Source: Isurus oxyrinchus | Lineage: Eukaryota | Length of the DNA stretch: 64,000 bases | Assembly (NCBI GenBank): GCA_026770705.1 | Contig: JANJGN010000020.1 | Location: 8,060,001-8,124,000 of the forward strand | Direction: 5' to 3' | In this document: positions 10,950 through 24,108 of the stretch, piece after piece | How positions within the stretch are numbered: the stretch's first letter is position 1 | How the letters are laid out: every line of letters starts with the position of its first letter | Notes under the pieces: generated by a model | What the model saw: only the letters and a program-made list of their open reading frames with translations | What the model was told of the DNA's origin: nothing | Databases searched by the model: none | Made by a program: the position numbers and the translations under genes

Positions 10950-11480
10950 GACGGTGTGGTGTCAGATACGTAGGCCATATGTCCCAATGATTGGTTCATC
11001 AAGTCAAACAATTTGTTCCTCTGGCTATTTGAAATATGCAGAGCACAGACTGTACTCAACCAGCCGGCACTTCCAAAACCCAAATCAAAATGTCTACTGT
11101 TAGATGTGATTCTGCAATTGTGCAGCACTTGCTGAACAACCCTGAGTGTGCTAATAGCTACACTAACAACCAATTTACGATAATCACTTGAGCTCGTAAT
11201 GTGGCTCATTTATACTTGCTAGAAGTGACATACATTCATACACAGGGACTTGCTCTCTGCGAAAAAAAGGAATATGTCCAACCCTTTTGAATTATCCGGA
11301 AGCATGGGGAACCAATAGTTTCCCTTGGCTTTCTCCATGGAAATACTTTGGCCAATCAGAGATGATATCCCAATCAACCAGTAGTATAATTTGTTTGAAA
11401 TTTGCAATTCTTGCATTTGTCCTGATGAGTGCAAGATGAGAAACTTTGACAACATGTGTCTCTTTTCAGCAATATTCAAG
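10950..11480 (+). mobile_element. Second Penelope-like family: GIY-YIG endonuclease C-terminus and 3' end
   Basis: Translates RYVGHMSQ*L...CDSAIVQHLLNNPECANSY...LYLLEVTYIHTQGLALCEKKEYVQ; the tail contains CCTGATGAGTGCAAGA. Confidence 0.65.
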
Positions 11481-11994
11481 AAATGTAAGATTTGTTACTA
11501 GTTGCTCATTCCAATTCTGTTGAGTCATGTTTAAGGTTTGTAACTCAGTTAGTTATTGGTAAAACAGTTCTTTGGAACTGTGTAAATGCAGGTTGTTGTT
11601 GCAATGTAGTTCTAGATTACTAACAAAAGCCATCATAAATTCATCAGACTTCTTAAGAGTTTTTTTTCTGGCTAAAGACCCAGCAGCTGACACATAAAAA
11701 AACATCCAAAATTCATCCCCAAGTTCCTGCATTATGATTGTGCTCAGAAGTTGATCAATGACATGGCTGGTGTTAAGTAAACCCTCTGTGATTTTATCCA
11801 AATGTCAAATAAGAGACACACTGACTCTGGAATTATGTTTTCTTGGAGCATTCCATTGTTTTGTTACTTTTTTTTCCCCAAAGTGTGACACAGTGAACTG
11901 AATGTGACCATTGAAATATGATAGAAAGATGCTACAGTTGGGAATTGTGCTTTGGATGTACATTTGATGATGCAACATGCAAGTTTAACTTGGA

Positions 11995-12790
11995 CCATCA
12001 GTTGTCCCTCAATTCGAGGATGACGTCTATGCAAGTTTGTGAGCTTCTGCCATGGGTCTTCATGTGACTGAACAGGCTGATGCACGACCCACAGATCGTT
12101 GGGCACATGGGGCAGGGCATTCCACAAGGTAGTGGGATCCGGAGTGCAGGACTTGCTTCCTTTTCTTTCCTTCTCTGCTGCCGCTCTGCGTCATCATTCA
12201 GACATTGGGACTCAAAGCGTGATGCAGCTTGATGGACAAGTTGTCGCCATTGGTGGTGAGCTCCTCCCAGTCATTTTTGTCACTGCTGCCGCTCCTCAAT
12301 GGGAGCTTCAGAGCGTCTTTGAAGCATTTTCTTTGTCCTCCGCTGGACCATTGGCCATTTGAGAACTGAGAAAACAGGGGAGACTGTTTTTGGCCATCCA
12401 GACGCAGTTTACAGTCCATTGAAGTTGAATTTTCAGGAGCTTTGCCTGAATGCTTATGGAGCTGTTTTCAAGAATGACATTAGCGTTTGCTTGATGGTCT
12501 ACCCAGTGAATCCAGAGGATGTGGCGGAGGCATTGCTGATGGAATTTCTCTAGCGCTCTTATGTATCGCTGATACACAGCCCAGGTCTCACCGCAGTTCA
12601 TGAGGTTGGTGATGACAGCTGCTCTGTACACTAGGACTTTTGTTGACTTGCGGGGGTCTTTTTGTCAAACATTTGGTGCCGTGGTTTGTAGATGCTGAAC
12701 TGGTGCAGCTGACATGATCTTAGATCTCCTCATCAATGGTGGCCTTTGAAGAGAGGTGGCTGCAAAGGTATGGGAAATACTCCTTGAATA
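11995..12790 (-). mobile_element. RTE-clade LINE 3' fragment
   Basis: ORF 12308-12631 YRAAVITNLMNCGETWAVYQRYIRALEKFHQQCLRHILWIHW is the typical RTE post-RT region; frameshifted. Confidence 0.85.
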
Positions 12791-14999
12791 ACTGGGATAG
12801 ATGGAGGAAGGAAGCGGGAGTGAAGGTCTATAAAGTCAGAGTGACTAACTGTGCTTAGAACTATTTGTTCCTGTGGAGGGTATAGACCAGTTCAGATCTG
12901 TTGGGCTGAATGGTCTGTTTTCATGTTGTACGTTCTGTGAATTTCCACTCAATATCTGAAAACCCACTGGCTGATATTAGTCAGAAAATATCTCTGTTTA
13001 AAATTTCAATTTCATGATTTGTTGGTGTTATGTAAAAGCTGAAAACTATTTTATTGTTGACAAATTTCCAAGGCTACTTTCTCCAGATATGGAAATAGTG
13101 TTTAAATAATGAATTAAATATTCTTGTTCTGGGGTCTCTCTAATTCATCATTGAACTGGATGGTAATATCAAACAACCCTATTGATATGAAATAATTTAC
13201 CACAGACCTATTCAAATTAATCTCATTTGTCTGTAGTGTAGTGAAAGTTGATAAATTCAATGTTTCTTGCACTATAAAGTTGGAATTGTGCAACAATTTG
13301 AATTAATCAATTTAAACAGCACAGCAAGATGGGAATTTAACACTAAAGGTGAATGATTAGATCATTTGAATTAGGATCAGACTGGGGGTTACTTTCTGAA
13401 CCTTAATAGCACACAACTGAAAACAACAGATATGAGTTAGTGGAACAAAATGGACTCTGTCCCAAGAAACGCCCAATCTAAGCATTTTATGTATCATTTT
13501 AAAAAGTAAATAAATGTAACTTTGTTTTTACTGATAAAAGTGGAGTTGGGAGTTTTGGACATTGTGGTGTTGCTATTTAAGTGACAGAGTCCCACAGTTT
13601 AGAGCGCAGTTGTTCAACTTAAGTTCACTCGAATCTGCCTGGGCTGCAATTGCCTTAAAGTGATTTGCATGTGCTTAGATTTTCATCTCACATCAACCTG
13701 CACCCACCCACCCCCACCACGCCTCCCCCCCCAAACCCACCCACCACCCACCCCTGTTTCCCCCCTCCCCACGCCGGAGACTTAATGACAAGGATCTCTT
13801 CACAAAAACAGGAGAAGATTTGCACTTGTGAGAATGAGTGTCTTGCTTAAGGAGTGTTCATATTTCATATGGGGGGGTTTCGGGTTTTACATTTGGTGAG
13901 TTGCAGATGGGATACTCTTAATGTGGTGTGAACATCATTATTTTCAAACATCATTCAAACACGAGAGAGTTTATTAGCAAAGTGTGAAAGGGACCCAGCA
14001 AGGGGGAATGTGCAATGAAAGGTGCATGAGGCGGAATGCATTCAATCTCTTGGCAAGCTGTCTCTTGGTGGTGGGGTCAATGCCCTCCAACACTATGACC
14101 TTTGACACAGGACCTAGTACGTCTGTTATAACTGACCCACAAATCCATGAAACTCACAGCCAGACACCGCTCGGAGGGTTTGGATTAAATAACTGCACAT
14201 GGGAAAAGCACACAGAATGTACTGCACAAAATAAGCGCTGTCACATCACTAACCAGAGGTGCAACTCACTATACCTTCCCCCCCTTCAATCCAGCGCTAA
14301 TCCAAAATTTTCTTTACATGTTAACTCTTAAAATGATGCAGCTGCTGAATTGTCGGAAGGTTTAATCCAATAAAGCAGCCAGTAAATCAGATTTGTCCAA
14401 TGGTAAAGCTGGATGATGAATGAAGTACACTAATCTCGTCAGTGTAATCACAAACTGGGATCAATGACAAATTTACAATCTTAAACTTTTATTTAGTGGA
14501 CAATGAGTTTTTGTGAAATTCACCATTTCAGACGGCCCAGAGATGCTGCTTGAAGCTTATAGTTGGTGAGGTCGCATTGCGATATTACATTACTGCTCTG
14601 ACTAAATAGTTTCAGCAGCTTATCAGTGTGAAACCAGCATTGTAACCCTGAATTCAGATTCCGATCTAAAGCCAGTGCAGTCCTGTGAGAAACAGCTGAG
14701 AACCGCTCTGATACATAGTCCAATGTCACTTCACCCACTCTGTTCACCTATCACTCCTGCGCTCCTTGACCTATATTTGCTCCTAGCTCCTGGTAGTGTA
14801 ACTCCATTCAGGCTTAGCATTCAACTTGACTTGGTACACTCTTTGTAAACTTATTTGGAATTATTTCAGTCTGAGCAGAGAATCCAAATTTGCATCTTGT
14901 GTTCACTTAACATTACAAATGATACAGCTGTTGAGCTGGCTCTGCATATGGATATTCATACGCTAACCTCTCTCCCCTCACTGGGCAGAATGCAATAAT

Positions 15000-15320
15000 C
15001 CTACAATCATACAGCACAGGAGGGAGCAACTTGTGCCTGTTTGGCTCATTGAAAGGGTTATTCCTACTCACTGCTCTTTCCCCATAGCTCTGCAACTTTT
15101 CTTTTCCTTTTCAAGTATTTCTCCAACTCCCTTTTGAAAGTTCCTATTGAACCTGCTTCCACCACCCTTTCAGGCAGCGCATTCCAGATCCACAACTTGC
15201 TGCATCAATAAGTTTCTTCCTATCTCCCCTCTGGTTAGTTTGCCAATTACCTTAAAATCTGTATCCTCTGGGTTGCCAACCCTCCTGCCAGTGGGAACAG
15301 TTACTTCTTATTTACTCCAT
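15000..15320 (-). mobile_element. CR1 LINE 3' fragment
   Basis: CCCTTTTGAAAG...CCACCACCCTTTCAGGCAGCGCATTCCAGATC, shared with the other CR1 copies. Confidence 0.7.
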
Positions 15321-15420
15321 CATAAGAAGGATCACATGGACCACAGCGGTTCAAGGAGGCAGCTCACAACCAAGTTCTCGAGGGCAGTTATGGACGGGCA
15401 ATGAATGCTGGCCTTGCCAG

Positions 15421-16213
15421 TGTTAAGAACAATGTATAATTTTTAACTTGCATATGTATGTATTTGTGTCTTACGTCCCTAAGGTAAAAAAAAAGTTTTA
15501 GTTTCATTTTTGGCTCTTTATGAGCCCCTGGTGCCTAGAAGTCTGGATGGAGCTGTGGCTGGAAGGTCAGTCTTTTGGGTGTGTTTTTAGTGATAGTGGT
15601 CAAGTGTTACAAAGGCACAGAAACACAGAGAAAGGCAGGGAAGAGTTCAGTGTGTGTCAGAGAGTGAAGACAGGGATTTTCAGCTCTCTGAGATAAGAAA
15701 CACTACAAGGTCACTGGGAGACTGAGTTTAGAGAACTTGTATTTGTCCTGCAGTGGAAGAAATAGTGAGTTTAGAGTGTGGTTTTTGGGTATCTCAGGAA
15801 AGGATACAAGGTGGATGGGAAACATCAAGTGAATGCTCAAGAATTCACCAGAAGAAAATCATTTGCATTTGTGCCAATCCCAAGCAAGGAGCTTTTGTGT
15901 CAAACTAGTGGTAACTCTTCACTGGTTTATGTGTCTGTAAAGATATTGCTGAGGTAAAGGTATATTGGGATAATGAATCATCATCTTGTGTTTGTATTGA
16001 GATCTTTCCAACCTTTTAGTCTGGTGTAATATAGTTCATTTTTCTTGTTTAATAAATATTTTATTCTTTGTGTTCAAAGTTCATCAGCAGACTCCTGTGA
16101 ATTTGTTCAGTAACTTTCCTCCATGGATTCTAAAAACAAGTTAGAATCTATCGAATCAAATTTCACTCTGGGATCAGACTTGTCCAGTATTAACAACAGG
16201 TGGGATCGTAACA
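15421..16213 (+). repeat. 5' LTR
   Basis: Starts TGTTAAGAACAATGTATAATTTTT, ends GGGATCGTAACA; similar to 23938-24848. Confidence 0.9.
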
Positions 16214-16273
16214 AAGCGAGGGCTCCAGTATGGTCATAAATCTTTGAATCTGGGTAGGATCTGTGAATCCTCA

Positions 16274-17372
16274 GGGGAGAATTTTCTCCCTGTTGGGCAG
16301 GCTGGTCGGGAGCGGGTGTGGGCGGGCATGGAGCTGATTGCCCCCTGCGATCGGCTGGGCGCTGCCATTTCATGTGGGCAGGCCAGATAAGGCCCGTCCA
16401 GCGTGATGTGCACCTGGAAGCGCTGAGCACTAGCAATGCGGGCAGAGGGAGGAGGGAGTGTCGGGGCCTGTGCTCTTTTGCACGAAAGAGCGCAGAAATC
16501 TCCCTGAGGCATGGAGCTGCCTCAGGGAGATTCATTTGATGATGAAATGTTGACATGTCCCATCATGTGACAGTGTCACATGAGCCGTGACATGCCTATG
16601 AATTTTAATAAAAAATTATATTTAAGTTAGAAACCCTTCATGAAAGCTCATCCTGCCTGTGGATGAGGTTCCATGAAAAATGTGAAGGCTGCCTGGGCTC
16701 TTTGGAATGTTTGAGGACTCTGGGTCTATACTCGATGGAGTTTAGAAGGATGAGGGGGGATCTGATTGAAACTTACAGAATACTGAAAGGCCTGGATAGA
16801 GTGGATGTGGGGAAGATGTTTCCATTAGTAGGAGAGACCAGGACCTGAGGGCACAGCCTCAGAGTAAAGGGAAGACCTTTTAGAACAGAGATGAGGAGAA
16901 ACTTCTTTAGCCAGAGAGTGGTGAATCTATGGAATTCATTGCCACAGAAGTCTGTGGAGGCCAGGTCATTGAGTGTATTTAAGACCGAGATAGATAGGTT
17001 CTTGATTGGTAAGGGGATCAAAGGTTATGGGGAGAAGGCGGAGAATGGGGTTGAGAAACTTATCAGCCATGATTGAATGGCGGAGCAGACTCGATGGGCC
17101 GAATGGCCTAATTTCTGCTGCTATGCCTTATGGTCTTATGGTCTTTGCCTGCCCGCCAACCTTAACCAGGCAGCCTTGACAATTACCTCAATTAGATTAT
17201 TAACGGCCTTAACAGGCCTTTGACAGTTCGGTGGGTACGCAGTTGACTCCGGTGTGCGCCTGCCGAACTGAAGATCGGAATGATGTGCAGTGATGTCGGG
17301 ACACAAGCCCGATGTCACCATGCGTCATTTTACACATTGGGGCCCCCGCACAGCGGACCGAAGATTCTGGCC
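16274..17372. mobile_element. Harbinger-like MITE (family A) inserted in the Gypsy leader
   Basis: TIRs GGGGAGAATTTT / AAGATTCTGGCC; inverted homologue of 22491-23563. Confidence 0.75.
16705..17141 (+). mobile_element. Young CR1 LINE 3' end inserted in the MITE
   Basis: Near-identical to the reverse complement of 63191-63625; TCTTTG duplicated at 16699-16704 and 17142-17147. Confidence 0.9.
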
Positions 17373-17911
17373 TTCAAGAAATAAGTATGTGGAGCTACTG
17401 GGCATATAAACAAGGTTTGCTGTGAAGCATATTACAAAGGTTGGAACTCAAAAAGGGCTTTAACTGCTGCTGAGGCTTTTCTGAGAGTAGAAAATGTAAC
17501 AGTGGATTGTTTGAAATCCTTGATTTAGGCTCCACCAAGAGAGTTAGCAGATCAATTGAAGGTAGAAATAAAAGCAGGATCTCATAAGGATAATATGATT
17601 CAATTTATTAGCCAGCATTTTAGAATTAAAAGGGGAGAAACCTGAAACTGGTGTATCACAGCTGGAGTTAGCAAGAATTCAGTTGCAGGTGAAGCCACTT
17701 GAGATAGAAAAAGGAAGAGATGAAAAAACTCGAATTAGCAAAAGAAAAGGAAATGGAAATGAATAAGTTCGAATTGGAGAAAGAGGAAAAGGATAAAGGA
17801 AATGAAAGATTGAAAGAAATTGAAATGAAGAGAAGATTGAAGTTGACCTCCAGAGAGAAGTTAGCAAGGGAGGAAAGAGTTAAGGAAAGAGGTCGAGAGT
17901 TTCAAAGAGAA

Positions 17912-18962
17912 AAGTCAATGTGAATCAGGGGGAAAACCCTCCCACTAGTTGGAGTCATATCTAGCGCCAAGGATAAGGATATCACTGCAGGAGTTCCTCA
18001 GGCCAGTGTTCTAGGCCCAACCATCTTCAGTTGCCTCATCGATGACCTTCCTTCATAATGTCAGAAGTGGGGATGTTCACTGATGATTGCACAATGTTCA
18101 ACATCATTCGTGACTCCTCAGATACTGAAGCAGTCCATGTCCAAATGCATCAAGACCTGGACGATATCCAGGCTTGGGCTGACAAGTGGCAAGTAGCATT
18201 CATGCCACATAAGTGCCAGGAAATTACCATCTCCAGCAAGAGAGAATCTAACCATTGCCCCTTGACATTCAGTGGCATTACCATTGCTGAATCCCCCACA
18301 TTCAAAATCCTGGGGGTTACCATTGACCAGAAACTGAACTGGAGTAGCGATATAAACACTGTGGCTACAAACAGGTCAGAGACTAGGAATCTTGTGGCAA
18401 GTAACTCACCTCCTGACTCCCCAAAGCCTGTCTACCATCTACAAGGCACAAGTCAGGAGTGTGATGGAATACTCCCCACTTGCCTGGATGAGTGCATCTC
18501 CAACATCACTCATAAAACTTGACACCATCCAGGACAAAGCAGCCCACTTGATTGGCACCGCATCCACAAACGTTCACTCCCTCCACCACCGATGCACAGT
18601 AGCAAAAGTGTGTACCATCTACAAGAGGCACAGCAGCAACTCACCAAGCTTCCTCAGACTGTATCTTTCAAACCCACAACCACTACCATCTAGAAGGACA
18701 TGGGCAGCTGATGGGAACACCACCAGCTGGAAGTTCCCCTCTGAGACACTCACCATCCTGACTTGGAAATATATCGCCATTCCTCACTGTCGCTGGTTCA
18801 AAATGCTGGAACTCCCTCCCTAACAGCACTGTGGGTGTACCTACACCACATGGACTGCAGCAGTTCAAGAAGGCAGCTCACCACCACTTTCTCAAGGGCA
18901 ATTAGGGATGGGCAATAAATGCTGGCCCAGCCAGCGAAGCCCACATCCCATGAACGATTTTT
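17912..18962 (+). mobile_element. CR1-group LINE family B, 5'-truncated, inserted in gag
   Basis: VPQASVLGP / FTDD RT motifs; ends GGGCAATAAATGCTGGCCCAGCCAGCGAAGCCCACATCCCATGAA. Confidence 0.9.
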
Positions 18963-19825
18963 TTAAATGATCTCACACAGATAGCTATTGTGGGGAAATG
19001 GCCATATGATAATCAACAGGGGAATTGGAGGAATGGAAAACATGGTGATGGAAAAGATACTAGTTCTAGGGAACAGACAGAAGGATGCCAAAATAATAAA
19101 GGAGATAAGCTGGAACCTTGTGGTGATGTAAAGAAAACAATATGTTTCCATTGCAGTAAAACTGGACATACTAAAGCTAATTGCTGGAAATGAATTGGTT
19201 GGCCTATAGCAGTAATAGGGATGCCTAAAGAATCTTAAGGAAAAACTAACTTGGGGGAGGAGACAAGTGACAAAACAGTAGCTATAGTGTAGGTGCAAAG
19301 CGAAGGCTCAGAATCTACCAAGGAGTTAGAGATAATTCCTCAGACTGGTCAGGTAAATACAGAAAAGCAAATTATAGAAGGGTTTAAAGATTTTGTTTAT
19401 AGAGGAGAAGTATCCCCTTATTCTCCTAATCAAAGGGGAACGCCAATAATGATATTGAGAGACACTGGAGAAAGTCAGACACTGATGCTGGCTGATGATA
19501 CATTTGTCTTCCAGTGAGGTTAATGAAGGAAAAAGTATTCATTGGAGAAATATTGGCCTCACCAAGTGCTTTGGAACAATCAATAGAAGTGAAAGAAACT
19601 GAGGTGTTACAGGGGGAATATCCTGGAATGTTTCCGGACTGTTTAGTGACTAGATCACAGGCCCATAAAGTTAGACAGGAAGAAGAAGAATCTATGACAG
19701 GGAAATGAAGTAGAAATTCAATTCTCTGACACTATTTTCAAAAACCTAAGCAAAAAGGAGGAAGGTAAAGAAGATGAGACTGACATGTTCAGCTCATCTT
19801 CTTTGGCAGAAATGCACCAGGTTGA

Positions 19826-19984
19826 AAACAAAAACAGAATTACTTGGAAAAACTCAGCAGGTCTGGCAGCATCGGCGGAGAAGAAAAGAGTTGACGTTTC
19901 GAGTCCTCATGACCTTTCGACCGATCGGTCGATTCTGTTTTTGTTTTGGATTTCCAGCATCCGCAGTTTTTTTGTTTTTATCTT
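19826..19984. mobile_element. Short Penelope-like insertion with 14-bp TSD
   Basis: ATGCACCAGGTTGA duplicated at 19812-19825 and 19985-19998; the insert is homologous to 7960-8065 and is partly inverted. Confidence 0.8.
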
Positions 19985-21133
19985 ATGCACCAGGTTGATC
20001 CTGAGTTGAGAGAGCTGTATCAAATAGCCTACTCAGAGACCTGAGTGTTATTATTTGAAAGGCAAAGTGCTAATGAGGAAATGGAGACCACCTCAAATAT
20101 CAGCAGATAAGGAATGGGCAGTAGGTCATCAGGTGGAAGGTCCACCTGGGTATTGTAACAAAACTTTACTAGTGGTCCAGGAAATTCCAGTGGCTGGTCA
20201 ATTAGGCATTAGGAAAAATTAATCTAAAATAAAGAAACATTTTTATTGGCCAGGTTTGCACAAAGATGTGGTTAAATTCTGCCAGACGTGTCGTACTGTC
20301 AGGTAGTGGGGAAACCCCAAACAACCATTAAATCTGCATCTTTAATTCCGATACCAGCTTTTAAAGAACCGTTTAGCGGTGACTTAATAGACTGAGTAGG
20401 ACCCCCCCCACCTAATGCTAGGGAAGATAGTCATGATAGGAGTGTGTTTACAATGGTAAATGAAGTAGGGAGCGAAATAAAAATATCAGAGCAATTCGAG
20501 AATGAATCAGAAGTCGTAAATCCTGAAATCAACCCTCCAGTAATCAGATTTGATAATATTGAGGTGCTTGAAAATTTAGATGTAATATTAAACTATCCTC
20601 CAGAAAACGGCCGAGGGCACTTGCGAAAGCTATTGCAAACTCATAAATCGATTTGTGCGAATAGCCCAGGGAAAACATCTTTGGCCAAACATGATTTTAA
20701 TGTAGGGAATGAGTCACCTATAGAGCAACACCCTCACAGACTAAATCCAGAGAAGTTAGCCCAAGAGGGAAGGGATCAAGTTCATATTGGAATCAAGTCA
20801 CAGTAGCTGGAGCTCACCTATTGTAATGGTGCTGAAACCTGTTGGGATGCAGAAATTATGTATAGATTATCTCAAAGTCAATGCAGTAACAAAGGTAGGT
20901 TGGTATGTGATTCCACGGTTAGAAGACTGTATTGAGAAGATAGGGCAAGCATGGCTCGTTACAAAAATTGATTTATTGAAGGGATATTGGCAAGTTCCAT
21001 TAACCGATACAGCCGAAGAAATATCAACTTTTGTAACCCCGGACGGACTTCATCAATGCAAAGTTGTGAATGAAAAATGCACCATCAACTTTCCAAAGAT
21101 TAGTCAACAAGGTTGTCGAAAGATTGTACCACT

Positions 21134-21850
21134 GGGCAGCATTTTCCTGTCAGCAAGTGGGGGGGTGGGGGGGGGGGGGGTGTTGTGGAGGGGGCGGTGT
21201 GCAGGACCTGCTCGCTGACAAGTAAAATGATGCGTGGTGATGATGGGCGTGTGTCCTGAGATCACCCCGCGTCATTTAGATGTCATTTGGTTGGGGCACA
21301 GCCGACACGGCTGCACACCCACCGAACTGTCAAAGGCCTATTAAGGCCGGTTAAAAACTAATTAAAACAATTGAATGAGCTGCTCATCCAACCTTAAGGT
21401 TGGTGGGGGGCAGGCAAAGAGCCCAGGCGGCTTTTGCATTTTTCATGGAACATCATCCACGGGCGGGATGAGGTTTCATGAAGGGTTTAAAAGATCAGTA
21501 AAATTTTTTCTAAAATTTCATCAACATGTCCCAGCTCATGTGACATGAGGGGACATGTTTCAAAAGCTTAAAAACCCTTTATTTAAAGTTTTACACTGAA
21601 ACTAATCTCCCTGAGGCACCTCCGTGGCTCAGGAAGATCTTTGTGCTCTTTCAGGCGCACGCGCGAAATAATGCAGGGATCCACTCAGGGAATTCCCACC
21701 CCACCGGCACATGGAGCACACAGCGCTTCCAGGCGAGCCTTAATTGGCCTGCCCATGTAAAATGGCGGTGTGGACCCGATTGGGTTTGTGCCCCCCCACC
21801 CCCACCCACCCACCTCCGCACAACCTCCTCGACAGGGGACATTTCTGGCC
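21134..21850. mobile_element. Harbinger-like MITE (family A) inserted in Gypsy RT
   Basis: TIRs GGGCAGCATTTT / ACATTTCTGGCC; 3-bp TSD ACT at 21131-21133 and 21851-21853. It splits RT just before YIDD. Confidence 0.8.
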
Positions 21851-22490
21851 ACTGGCGATTATATCGATGATTTGGCTGTCTTTAGCCAAAACTGGGGCGG
21901 GGAGACGGGGGGTGAATTAAAGCATTTGAACGGATTGTTTGAATGGTTACAAAAAAGCCAATTTGGTCATAAACTTGGCAAAAGGTGAATTTGCCAAAGC
22001 AAAAATAGCTTATTTGCGTCACACTGTGGGACAAGGCCAAGCAGCGCACAGAGACGCAAAAATAAGGGCCATCTTGGATTTTCCAGCGCCTTTGACAAAA
22101 CTACAGGTTTTGCAGTAAATAGGCATGAGTGGGTTTTATTGGCAGTTCATTCTGAATTTCAGCTCTGTCGTGGCTCCCCTGACAAGATTGTTAAAGCAAG
22201 GCAAGAAATTTGAGTGGATAGAGGAGTGTATAAGTGCCTTTGGCAGCTTGAAAGCTGTACTGACAACTGCACTGGTTTTAGCAGCACTTAATTCCGTTAA
22301 GCCGTTTAAACTGACAGTCGACATCACCGATGTGGGTGTTGGTGCAGTGTTATTCCAGGAGGATGAAGTGGGGATCAAACGGTCAGCTAGTTACTTTTAT
22401 CAGAAGTTGAATTCTTGCCAGCGAAATTATTCAACGGTGGAAAAAGAGACTGAGAGTTTGGTGTTGGCTCCACAATGTTTTGAAATCTAC

Positions 22491-23563
22491 GGGCAGAATC
22501 TTTGGGTTGGCGAGCTGGTCTGGGCCCCTCTCGCCGATGTGTAAAATGACGCGCGGTGATGTCCGGCGTGGGTCCTGATGTCACCGCGCGTCATTCAGAT
22601 ATTCACAAAAGCTCCTTGCTTGGGATTGGCACTCGTGCAAGTGATTTTCTTCTGGTGAATTCTTGAGTAATCACTTGATGCTTCTCTTCCACCTTGTATC
22701 CTTTTCTGAGATACCCAAAAACCACACTCTAAACTCACTATTTCTTCAACTGCAGAGCAAACATGAGTTCTCTAAACTCAGTCTCCCAGTGAGCTTGTCG
22801 TGTTTCTTATCTCAAAGAGCTGAAATTCCCTGTCTTCACCCTCTGACACACACTGAACTCTTCCCTGCCTTTCTCTGCATCACTGTCTAGGTGTCACTCA
22901 ATCACAGCCACGAGGCAACAGCCCAGTTTTTTCTACTTTGTGTTTTTTTTCCCCAAAATCACTGACCATCTAACCCCTTTTTAACCCATCTCTTTAACCT
23001 CAGGGACTGTAAAACCTCCGGTGTGCGCCCGCCGAACAGTCAAAGGCCTATTCAGGCCATTTAAATACCAATTAAAATACTTTACTGAACTGCCCGTCCA
23101 AACTTAAGGCCAAGTGTCCAGGCGGCCATCACATTTATTATGACACCTCATCCATGGACGGCACGAGGTTTCATGAAGGCTTTTAAAGTTGAATAAAATT
23201 TTTCAGTAAAGCTCACTGGCATGTCCCAGTTCATGTGACACTGTCACATGAGGGGGCGTGGCTTAAAATTTTTTTTCTGTCTTAATTAAAATTTTTAAAG
23301 ATCAGACTAATCTTCCTGAGGCAGCTCTTTGACTCAGGGAGGTTTCTGCGTTCATGGGCACATGCATGAAACAGCGCAGGCCCCGGCTCAGCCTACTCCC
23401 CCCTCCCGCCCGCACAGCGCTTCTGGGCGCGCGTCATGCTGGGCGGGCCTTAATTGGCCCGCCAACGTGAAATGGCGGCGGGCAGCCAATCACGAGTGGC
23501 AATGGGCTGTGCACCCACGCCCGCTCCCATCCAACTCCCCCCGATGGGGAGAAAGTTCTCCCC
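22491..23563. mobile_element. Harbinger-like MITE (family A) inserted in Gypsy RNaseH
   Basis: TIRs GGGCAGAATCTT / AAAGTTCTCCCC; homologous to 21134-21850; carries an inverted LTR segment. Confidence 0.8.
22604..23018 (-). repeat. Inverted copy of 3' LTR segment 24127-24537
   Basis: Direct reverse-complement match, including sequence absent from the 5' LTR. Confidence 0.95.
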
Positions 23564-23937
23564 TGTATCTCTAACAGCTCTGCATCTACAGGGACCATAA
23601 TCCTTTCTAGTGAAATTTAATACCAGGAACCTGAGACTGTTTTGTTAGAATTTAATGTTCTATTAACTATATAATTTAAAAATGGCTCATGTAGCAGGAA
23701 GAGACAATATCACAGCCAATGCCTTATCAGGAGTTTAAATGTAGAGGAACATGAATGTCGTGCTCAGAGTGGACTTGTGTGAAATAAAATTATTATTGAA
23801 TGGTCAAGTATCCTTGTATATTTGATGTAAATACATAGTTCTGTATAATCAAGACAGAGGTTAATAAGAGGAGATTGTTTAATAGAAAATAAAAATGCCT
23901 CTTAAAGCTGGCTTTTCAATTTTTTTCTATGGGGAGG

Positions 23938-24070
23938 TGTTAGGAACAGTGTATAATTTTTAAGTTGAATATATATGTGTTAAGTTATGTTAAAAAACCC
24001 CTCATTTTTAGTTATTTATGAGCCTTGTTTCCTAGAAATCTGGGTGGACCTGTGACTGAAAGGTCAATCA

Positions 24071-24108
<38 letters not shown>

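Larger units (their letters stand above)
17440..23740 (+). pseudogene. Gypsy gag-pol remnants in the order Gag/CCHC - PR - IN - RT - RNaseH
   Basis: E/K-rich coiled coil at 17720; zinc knuckle CFHCSKTGHTKANC at about 19140; protease ILRDTGESQTL at about 19450; integrase zinc region HFYWPGLHKDVVKFCQTC at about 20240; RT SSWSSPIV...IDLLKGYWQVP at 20787-21060 and YIDD at about 21860; RNaseH-region GVGAVLFQ...RNYSTVEKE at 22330-22450. Many stops and frameshifts. Confidence 0.9.

Noticed and set aside
16214-16235. tRNA-Pro primer-binding site of the Gypsy element
   Set aside because: AAGCGAGGGCTCCAG only loosely resembles TGGGGGCTCGTCC; too decayed to call.
17720-17923. E/K-rich coiled-coil ORF as a host gene exon
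   Set aside because: It lies between the Gypsy LTRs in the gag position, upstream of the zinc knuckle.
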